Of a stretch of DNA of 64,000 nucleotides, positions 53,523-64,000 are shown in pieces. Source of the stretch: Eledone cirrhosa (Eukaryota); contig OZ024743.1 of NCBI GenBank assembly GCA_964016885.1, positions 37,758,001 to 37,822,000 on the forward strand, read 5' to 3'. The position numbers and the translations under genes are program-made. Position 1 is the first letter of the stretch. Each line of letters opens with the position of its first letter. The notes under the pieces were generated by a model that was not told the DNA's origin, made no database searches, and was given only the letters and a program-made list of their open reading frames with translations.

Positions 53523-56500
53523 AATGACGGGTTCCCATCCACTTTTCTATGTCGGCAGACCTATATTTTTAAACGACTTGATATCCTACCTAAAACACAT
53601 TTTATTCGCTATGGGGTATCAAAACTAAACCCATTGAAGTTCTGTCAGTTCTGAAGTTCTGAGAAATATTTGATTAACTAATATTTTTATTTTAATATTT
53701 TTCCACTGTAAACATGAAATCGAAAATTTCATTCAAGTCTTAAACTTTTCTATTTTCATTGTATCATAGTAACAGTGATATATATTTAAACATTTTATTC
53801 ATGGGTTTTATACCTCTCTCTTTTATATTTACATTCACTATGTACTTAAAGACTTTTATAACACCACACAAGTGATTTTATTAGGTAAGCACACCCACAC
53901 ACGCACACGGACACCCACACCTATCCCACACACAAATATATATATATATATGTTTTCTCTATGAGGAACAACACACATCTGCTTGGAATCGATTATATAG
54001 GGGTTGTGTTTCCATACATTGCCGATGATTTTCTGCTAGCACCTGCGAATATCGAACGCCATTAACCGATAGAGTATAGTGACTCATTTATAAAACAGTG
54101 AGTAAATTTGAAAATTAGCAAGAATGCTGGGCTGGTTCGATTCCCGGAAGCAACATTTGATACCATTTGCCAGACCTATTTTATCGTTAACCTCCATCGT
54201 GGCGCCTTTTCAAACATTCTCTCATAAAGCATTGTGATATTTTAATATCTACTTAATTTGATATTGTTCGATGGGGTGGTACAACTAAGAATGTCAGGCA
54301 ACAACGTTTCTGGTATTTACTTAGCTATAGGCAGCACATTACCAAAGTCATTAGAGTGTCGGGTTAAATGATTTGACATTGCTCTGAGATTAAATACCAC
54401 CGAAGTCATTGTTCAATTTCATCCTTTCGGAGGCGATAAAGAAAGTATCAGTTCAGGAGTTTTTGGTGAGTGTAATTGTTAAATAGATTTACAATTTTTG
54501 ATACAGCACTGTACGTCCTGCGTTCAAGGTTTTGCGAACGGCACAAATAATTAGCAATGGAAACGTAAATTGAAAACTGTTTCATTGGAGTCATCTAAAT
54601 ATCGCCTCCTATAATTTGTTATCTTACGGCCAGAGTGCACATGTTTCCGGTATCCAATTACATTTTACCTAACACGTTTACTATACATTTTTTTTTTGCA
54701 AAGACCCTGGAAAGCCTAGATTGAGCTGATCGAAGCAGGAAAACGGTGTGTTATTGAACACTCATTGTATCTCTTTTGTCAGAACTAAATAATCTATTGC
54801 ATATTCCGTTTATTAGAGAACGGTATGAAAATGAACGGCGAATTCACTTCTGTTGCTAACACACGAAGCCACTGTGTAAAAGCTGTACTCATTGACCCGG
54901 CACCAATTTAGTGTGGATGTGTCTCAGTCACATAGTGGGTTTGCTATAGGTAAACTGAGAAAACTGTGCATAGCTTCGAAATAATTGGGGTAATATAATT
55001 ACTAATAAATCATCCCACTTCAAATGTAAGTTAATTTTACTAATATAAGTAATCGCTATTTCATATAAATCAATAATTTATATCGATTAAAATCACTTTA
55101 AACGTGTCAATGTACATCAGCTATATTTGTGTGTCTCCCAAAATACAGCGTCACGGAATTTAAACTGAAATAGAAATCAACGTAAATGATGCTGATATTA
55201 AGTGATCCATGTAGTGCTTGGGGATGGAAATAGAGCAAGTGGCTACGAACAGTTTGATGAATATTTGGCAACCATTCTACTCGCTTGAGCTATTACGTAG
55301 ATACTACCTCGTTAGTTTCTTGTACATACTTACATATACATATAAACCTTGTGAATTATCGAGATTTGACATTTGAAAATATGAGAATCCCTTACCATTA
55401 TAATCTTAACTATTATAAAGAAAGGAGTACGGACTGCATCCAAAATATAATTTTTTGTCCTGTTTGTAAAATAAGTTGAATTACTTTGAATAAATAGTGA
55501 ATGGATATTACATAATTTATCTGCTAAATTTTGTAGCTTTTGATTAAATATATTTTATTGCTTATTTAAGGATTCACTTCTTTAACATTTTCAAATGTCA
55601 ACACTTCCGGTTAGCGATCGCTTATATAAACATTCATATATTTCCGTCACTAATTTTCTCCTAATGCAGTTTATATAGAATATCGTCTTTTTTTTAATGT
55701 ATCATGGATTACGTTACTGATTACATAAGAGAGTGTAACACAGATTCTCTTCAATTTCTGTGTATATTGTCAATTACGATTTTATTTTATGTATCATATC
55801 TACATGTATATATACTTGCGTATAATATCAATATTCACACTACACATGCTTGCAGAAAACCACCCGAAGGGTGGTTTTTCTGCTAGCAACTAATAACAAT
55901 CGATCATTATAATTAATAGCGAACAAAATCAGGCAAAATACAAATAAGGGTGGAACAGTATCACAGAGGTGCTTATGGTGTATCGAACTGCATTTGGCTT
56001 GATTATCATGTTTCAATGACAAGGCATCGGTCACCTCAAAACTACAGTGGAAAACTAGAGGGGCTCCGCAGTGGAAGTGAACTCTAAACTATGTGTTAGT
56101 GAAGAGACATCCTTAGCCGCACAGCCAGATCACATATCACGTGTGTTAAAGCATAGTTTTATATCAATATTTTCGTTATTTCTATAAACATATAGAATTT
56201 TTTCTCAATAACTCTCTTGATGTGCTCCAGAGTTTGCAAAACGACTACATATTTGAAGCAATGAAAAATATGACAGTAAATATATTACAAAAGATAACGT
56301 TTGTTACGGTTGTTTTATTTAGTTATTTTAACCTAAAGAAGAATGAATGTAACGACCACATAAACCAAGCTGAAATCATCTCGCCTCCTATATTGACATT
56401 ATGGCTTTGACCCATCACATATTTTCCTCAGAAATGTTATCTGAGATTAACAGAAAGGTTGTAAACACAATAGTGTTGTATTTGAATTACTTCTTTTGAG

Positions 56501-56525
56501 TTTGTTTCTAATCTGTTTTACATAC

Positions 56526-56604
<79 letters not shown>

Positions 56605-57413
56605 TTGTGTTCGTAGGCGCAAACATAGTGAAATGTTCGTATTTAATTCCTAAAGTACCTTGAAGAAACGTCTTTCTTGTCAAACTCATTCTTTGAAAGC
56701 AAATGTATATCTGTTGGGATCGTGACTTGAAAGCTTTCATTCAAAACATATAAAGAGGCTGAGTTGTTTGTAAACATCCATGTTGTCAGCAAGTTACCAA
56801 GGCTTGGCTTTCCCACTTCTTAACATCGTACTTAAAAGGGGAAAAATATAATCACTCACTTGTAAAAAATATTCTTTCAATTTTCTTCTAAAATATTCTT
56901 TTCTAAAATTGTTTATCACCAAATTTCAATTGTCGAGTATCCGCATTTCTCGAAAGAAGAGTAGCTGTCATATTATTGAATAGATTATATCAATTATTTT
57001 ATACTTTTGCCATGTTTCTTGCATTTCTTTGTATGCGTTGTTTTCCAGAACGTATATCCCGAGAAAAAGTTCTTATTTTGTCATTTCTTTAGCAAGGTTT
57101 CTAAAACGAATAAACCTCAGGGAATTCTAAAAATGTTTTAGTTGAGACAAAAGACAAAATATATATTTCTTTTAACATAATGAAAAAAACAATGGCAATA
57201 ATTTCTTTTATAATATAAGAATTGATCTGTTGGTGTAACCACATTGAAATGCATTTATATCAGATAGAAATCTGTTTACGTAGTATTTACATATATTTGG
57301 AGATATTGTTTAATGTAAAGTATGTGTACTTATTGATATAATTTCAATAAATTGCTGTTGCTGGCACCTATATATATATATATAATAATAATAATAATGA
57401 TAATAATAATAAT

Positions 57414-57601
57414 TGCTTCTACTTTTGGCACAAGGCCAGCAATTATCCCAGTATATTACTGGTACTTTATTTTATCGACCCCGTAAGGATGAAAGGCAAA
57501 GTTAACCTCGGCGGGATTTGAACTCAGATCATAAAGGGCCGTAACTCTTTGTGCAAAGCATGGCGTCCAACCCTCTACCGATACTGCCAATCCACCGCCC
57601 T
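57414..57601 (-). mobile_element. SINE copy inserted in a (TAA)n tract
   Basis: Reverse complement of the 33270-33490 family, flanked by (TAA)n on both sides. Confidence 0.88.
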
Positions 57602-59065
57602 TAATAATGATAATAATAATAATGATAATAATAATAATAATAATAATAACAATAATAATAATAATAAATAGGGATCCTTATACATATATTCTCCTCTTCT
57701 TCTTAGCCTGTTACAATAAATATATATATATATATATAATTAGAATTTAGCTTCGAACACAGCTGTATAGCTGTATACATATATGTATGTGAATTTAGTA
57801 TATCTAAAGAAATACGGTACGTATATAATTAAACGTTCTGAAAGCCATAGCCATAGATATAACACTAGTGGTCAGCGCCACCGAGTGTTGTCTGGCACAA
57901 ACAAGGGGGACAACCGTCGATGCATTTGGAACTTAAATGTTTCTCATGAGGAAATTGTTTCCCTCTTGGTACAACCGGACTTTGAAACAGACGAAAAGAT
58001 ATACTGTTTTCGTCTGTGTAAATGAGGTGATTAATCTCCTTTGGATGGCTCAACTTAAATAGAATTAGAATTTAACTTCGAACATAGCTGTATACAAATA
58101 TGTATGTTAGTTTCGTATATCTAAAGAAATATGATGTGTTTATACATACTTATTCTGTGTGTGTCTGTTTGTGTGTGCGCGTGTGTGTGTGCATGTGGGT
58201 GTGTGTCTGTGTGTGTGTGTGTTTGTGTGTTAGATAAATAGGTAACTACAGTTACAGGCAATTTGCTCTCTAAGCAATAGATTCTGATACAAGATTCGTC
58301 CGTGTTCAGTTGTATTCCAGAGTTAAGGTGACTGTAGTGCGCAAAATGTGTCTTTTCACTTATAAACTCGCATGTCTCCTGAGAAGTCAATCAGCAATCG
58401 GACCTCGGTCATAATGATTATACCTCGAGCTGATCGATATTGAATCGATGGTAAAATGCCAATAGCGTTTATATATGCCGCAACAGTGTCTTCGATCCTA
58501 CTTCCTTATATTTAGATATACGTGGACACACACACTCACGCAGATACATAAAAATATATATAGAAGGCGTCTGTATATATATGATGATATGATAATTGTC
58601 CACATCAGTTACTGTTAAAAAGAACCGCGTTTCTGACAGTGGCTTTTTGAGCCGGTCAAACGCCTACATGTATCGTGGCAGAAGATACAATCAAATCTGT
58701 CTGTATGTATTTCCCTGCGCGGAAATGTATTGTTTGTTTCATGATAATTCCATGGTTACTCTAAGCGAGTACCTATTGGATGAATGTTGTGCATGTTGGA
58801 ATAATCCATTCATGTTGAATGTCCTGTATTATTTGAGGAAGATTTAACTGCTAACACATGCGATGTAACTGGGAGCGGAGAAGTGGCAGATTGGGTACAT
58901 CGTCAAATTCAATCCCATCGCGGTGAACCATGTATTTTATCATTTCAGTGTCGATAAATACAATACAAATCGAGTCGGATGGATTGACGGAATTGCTCAT
59001 GTTCATATCTGCTCCGTCTATGCGTGTTCCGAGCTAAAATTCTAACTCCCATCACCAGGAAATAA

Positions 59066-59150
59066 TTGTTTCTACTTTTGGCACAAGGCCAGCAATTATC
59101 CAGTGTATTACTGGTACTTTATTTTATCGACCCCATAAGGAAGAAAGGCA
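59066..59150 (-). mobile_element. 3' half of the same SINE
   Basis: TTGGCACAAGGCCAGCAATTATCCAGTGTATTACTGGTACTTTATTTTATCGACCCC. Confidence 0.8.
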
Positions 59151-59721
59151 TTAAGCTCTTTATATTTCAACCCACAATGGATGGAAAACGGAGATTATTT
59201 CGACAGGATTTGTACAGGAATCGAAGAGAATATAAACATGAACATATATCAATTAAAGTGAGACGATTCTCAGTCCACCATAGAATAAAAAGCCACCTGT
59301 CCTGCCGTTTCAAATGTTTTCTCAATGCTACGAAAATCTCGCTAGCGACTGAATAACACAGCATTTGCATAATTGAGCGTAAGTATTGATAAAAATTTCC
59401 AGAGTTGATAAAATGTTCTTGTGTAAAATTGTTGTATTTTTATGTAAATTATTTATTGGGAGATATATATTTATATCTTAGTGTTTTATATCTTGTCACT
59501 TCTGAAAATCACATAGCACTTTATATTTTTTCATTGATTTTCGTAAAATAAATATTTTCAAAATTATTAACCTCCTGCAGGTATGTTTATATGGCGCTTC
59601 ATTTTATGATTTTTATGCTTATTTGTTGTTGCTAATCCCAAGTGTACAACAACTAATTTATGTATACACACACACACACACACATATACGTACGCATGCA
59701 CATCGACCACACAAACATTAG

Positions 59722-59752
<31 letters not shown>

Positions 59753-59799
59753 ATGTTTGTGCGTTGTATTTTGGTGGGCTTTATACACACACTCACACT

Positions 59800-59924
<125 letters not shown>

Positions 59925-62254
59925 ATACATATATATATTCCATTCTCATATTTGGAAACGACATCTTTTATTTGTTTCCTTTACAGGAGCTATTTCTAAG
60001 ACATAAATAACGATTTTTTACGCGTTTATTTTAGAATAAACACCAAAAGGCCTTACTTTCTATCGCTTCCAATCTTCAGAGCTCAACTACGATGGTTCTT
60101 TACGAATCAGAAACCTTCGATATATTATGTGTTTTCTTGCTTTAGTTTTTTCGTTAATGATAATATAGTTAGTAATATATGTATTTATTTTTGACAAATG
60201 GAGGTGAGTAATTTGATAACGAAGGTTGTGTGTTAGAAAAGATCAACAGGCGTGAATGAAATATGATATTACATAATCTTATATAAGAAATATTGGTCGT
60301 CGTATATTGTTTCATTGCTATGAAATATGCTTTTTGTGCGCATGTAAATATTAATAAATATAAGTAGTAGCTTGTGAAAAATGAACATTGGTTTAAGTCA
60401 TGAAAGTACATTTTTATATGCTCGTTTATTGGTTTTTATTTTGCTTCCATGAAGTTATCGGCTAAAAGCTAAATGTGTTTTAACTCTAGTCTAAGAGAGA
60501 ACCACATCGTTATCATTTTATCTGTTGCATTCTTGTTGTTATTACAGCTGGCACCTGAGCAAGTGTCAGCTGTCTTCTATTCGGTGGACTCTCATATGAT
60601 CGAATGGGGCCTAGCAAACTAGAAGTGAAAAGTGAGAAAAAATACAAAAGTTCCGATCTTTAAAAAACTAAGAGAAATGGAAATAAGGGTAGTGTACCTG
60701 ACATGCTGGTACGAATCACTAGAAATTTTAGATGTAGATTGATATAGGCGCTTTTGGACGAAATCGGGAAGATGTGAACTGCCCTACATTGTTTTTCTTG
60801 CTGCCATTTTTATGAAGAGGAAAATGTATTGTATATTGATTTATTACGATTTTTTAAATATCTATTAGTTTGTCATTCATCCTTTAAATATCCACCACAA
60901 TGTGGATGCAGCATGGCTGAGTTGTTAAATCGCCACTTAGCAATTATAGGCTTTCAAGGTCGGTCCCACTGCTTTCCATTTTGGGTATCTTGACTATAGA
61001 CTCGGCGTGATGATAGGCTTGTAAATGAAATAGACTGTAATTAAAATTGTATATGTAATTCAGAGGTTCAATCTTCAACCTTGTCACATATTGTGCCGCG
61101 CTCGTGCGGCTTGGGAATTACATTGGAATAAACGCGTATGTATTATACCCAACATTTTATACGTTAATTCACCCGCTTGATGTTTAGCTGATATCATATC
61201 TGCTGATAATTCTCATCGCCAGATAATGATAATCATATTCGTAAGGCATGCAGTCCACAATTCCGATAATTTTATGATGTAAATCCCATATTATGAGAAA
61301 AAATGAAGAATTTCTAAAACATATTTCCACACTGACTGAACCTGTAAATCAAGAGGCAAACCGGTTATAAATTCCACATGGCAATAAGTAGTGAGTGGGT
61401 TCAATTACTCAGAGCTCCAGATGTTTGCGACGCTATGGGTTCTACGATAAACGTATCACTGAAAGGTCGGTAATTTGTCAGTTTGCGATCTTTCACACTT
61501 CGAGTAGGTTGTTCCGTTTTATTAACATCTTGGACCACTCATAATCGAAAGTGACGGGGTTTGATTTATTATTTTTTTCATTCAGGTAATTTATGATTGG
61601 TAGATGAACAACTTCAACTTTACGTGATAGTCGTAATTGTTAGAATCAAAACCTGCATAATTACATCGTGTTTCATGCTATGCATGTTTAAAGAAATAAT
61701 ATGTCGTCACAAACTTCGAGTAATGTTTGTTGAAATATAGCAATTTATATAGACTGCATAATCATTTCTAGCTTAGAAAACAATGATATATTTTTAACGT
61801 TAAAACCGATTTTGAATTGGTAATCTACATTCAAAATTTGGTTGTTTATATTTCGTTATTGAAATGGAAGGCCATATTAAAAGGTTGCACTTAGTCGTAA
61901 GACATATTTGTTATAACAATCATGTTTTCCGATTGCTTTGGTCTAGAAACCGGGCTCATATATACTTCCGTTCACACCACAGCCATACACGAAATGAAAA
62001 TCCGTCTAGTGAAAGGCACGTTCTGGAGTATGGTCCGCTAAATTTTTGTGGCACTAACTCTATACCGAACTCGACCTTTGGACTGGGTGTTCTAATTACT
62101 ACGATTAAAACCTCCCGGTTTCTTTTTCATCAACATGTACATCTGTGTTTATATATATATATATATATATAGTATAAAAGAGAAAACACAGGTAAGCATT
62201 AAGAGAAGGATTCTTAACCACGAACTGGATCACAAAAAGAAATGTTCTGCTTCC

Positions 62255-62303
<49 letters not shown>

Positions 62304-62384
62304 TATATATCAGAACGCTGTCGAAACGGCTGAAGCTCAGCCATCAGGGACCTGAATATATATATATATATATATGTAAAAGTT

Positions 62385-62783
62385 ATATTTAAATTGTTGG
62401 GATACAACAAGCAAATGTTTTTTATTACTGATATAAAGCACTCAACAAATAATTGGAGTAAAAATACGATATTAACAAATGGAAATTATATTTATAAAAC
62501 CATATTTATTTGATTACACACATTTCAAGGACACCAAGTTAAATTATGGTGTGCTTTCATCAGATAAAATATAATATAGAGCAGTTTTATAAATAAATAT
62601 TGACATAGTCAAAGAATGCAACCATTACTGTTGGAAGATCCCGTCAATATTTATTTATAAAACTGCTCTATATTATATTTTATCTGATGAAAGCACACCA
62701 TAATTTAACTTGGTGTCCTTGAAATATGTGTAATGAAATAAATATGGTTTTATAAATATAATTTCCATTTGTTAATATCGTAT
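62385..62783. repeat. Rearranged pLTR-like repeat with 140-bp inverted arms (62464-62604 / 62643-62783); family copy at 20223-20465
   Basis: The arms are reverse complements and each holds CTGATGA-stem-GAAA. 62385-62443 is the inverse of 20406-20462. Confidence 0.85.
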
Positions 62784-62798
62784 ATATGTATATATATA

Positions 62799-62880
<82 letters not shown>

Positions 62881-63185
62881 TATATTTGTGTGTGTGTGTG
62901 CATGTACATATCTATCTATCTTCTCCAATATATACACTCACACAACGTACAATCATATACACATATATCGATTTCTGGCATGTTTATCAATTTACCATGA
63001 GGCTGCAAAACAGATATAACTTTGGAATACCAATACATTTATTGTTTGTTTTCGATATGCTTTAGAGGAGTTAGTAACACATTTTAAAAATATATTTAGA
63101 CTATTAGGTTTTCAGTGTACTTTTAAAATGATTCATCAATCATACAATTAGCGTCATATGTCAATGATTTTAACTATTTAATGAT

Positions 63186-63360
63186 TGTTTCTACTTATGG
63201 CACAAGGCCAGCAATTAAATCAGTGTATAACTGGTACTTCATTTTAGAGGATGAATGGCAACGTTAACTAGGGTGGGATTTGAACTCAGATGGTAAAGGG
63301 ACGTAGCTATGCTGCAAAGCATGTCGTCCGACCTTCTACCGATACTGCAAATCCACCACC
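63186..63360 (-). mobile_element. SINE copy
   Basis: GGCACAAGGCCAGCAATT..GGGATTTGAACTCAGAT..CTACCGATACTGCAAATCCACC. Confidence 0.85.
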
Positions 63361-63757
63361 ATTCTTTAATTATTTAATAATAGACTTAAGTAGTGGTCCA
63401 CTTACAATCAAAATATCTTAAGTTGCATAATACAAATCTGATAAAGCCTGAGTAATATAGCAATATAATGATCAAACATAATAAACTGAATAAAACAATA
63501 GTTTTTGTAAAGATCTTACCAAATCTGAATACTAAAAATATGTTAACTAGTTTAAGCTACTACAAGGCCGGTTTAACAAAATAATATTTGCACACGTTAT
63601 TTATATAAACACTTGGTGACTAAAAAAGTGGACTGGCGATTCTGTCAAATTATATTTATATATTTGTAGCCTAGTAATACATTATTGGAATAACATTCTT
63701 AAGAGTAATCATATCTTCGTATCAACATAAACTATAGGCTTTCATTCATACAAACCA

Positions 63758-64000
63758 TTAACATATTGTCATTGTTTGCTCTCTTCCGAAACCTCTTTGG
63801 GGTCTCGGGACATTTAATTTTGTGCGTCCATCCCACTCCTCCCCGGACAAGTCGCAAACACATCGACAGTTTTTGCTGAATGAAATGGAGTCTGCATAGT
63901 ATTGTTCGAAAAAATATCCTTCTACGTAACGTCTGACACATTTCTTGTATGGCTCTTTTTCCTCTCGGCATATTTCAGTTTTGCTGGTCTTATTCGCGTT
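63758..64000 (-). CDS. Candidate terminal coding exon entering from beyond the window (Cys-containing, possibly a secreted cystine-knot-like C-terminus)
   Basis: Frame open from 64000 to TAA at 63758: NANKTSKTEICREEKEPYKKCVRRYVEGYFFEQYYADSISFSKNCRCVCDLSGEEWDGRTKLNVPRPQRGFGREQTMTIC*. Non-repetitive, higher GC than flanks; no start or splice site visible. Confidence 0.35.
   Translation of the reverse strand, partial: NANKTSKTEICREEKEPYKKCVRRYVEGYFFEQYYADSISFSKNCRCVCDLSGEEWDGRTKLNVPRPQRGFGREQTMTIC

Noticed and set aside
53279-53628. Acidic, His-rich and Met-rich ORFs
   Set aside because: Products of the (ATC)/(CTC) repeat.
55852-55883. Bacterial rho-independent terminator
   Set aside because: Eukaryotic context with no bacterial gene nearby; kept only as a hairpin or possible Helitron end.

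Overview
This is AT-rich eukaryotic (animal) non-coding DNA with very dense (TA)n/(CA)n/(CT)n microsatellites; its SINE and repeat make-up resembles an octopod cephalopod (inference). There are no intact genes. Almost all supplied ORFs are microsatellite read-throughs or shadows of decayed retroelements. Recognisable elements are Penelope-like elements (PLEs) of at least three types, a CRE-clade non-LTR element caught in a recent ~3.5 kb tandem duplication, a near-full-length R4/Dong-type element, an RTE fragment and tRNA-derived SINEs. A possible host terminal exon sits at the right edge. The main hidden signal is RNA structure. Reading both strands by eye I find about 20 type I hammerhead ribozyme motifs, most with palindromic stem III. 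They lie in PLE pseudo-LTRs and in non-coding tandem units of 704, 1009 and 595 nt that look like retrozymes. The 595-nt array carries a compensatory U3-A8 core variant (UUGAUAA), and another family has a ~100-nt branched stem II. Several long fold-back palindromes start at or near ribozyme boundaries. All folds were paired by eye; none was computed.
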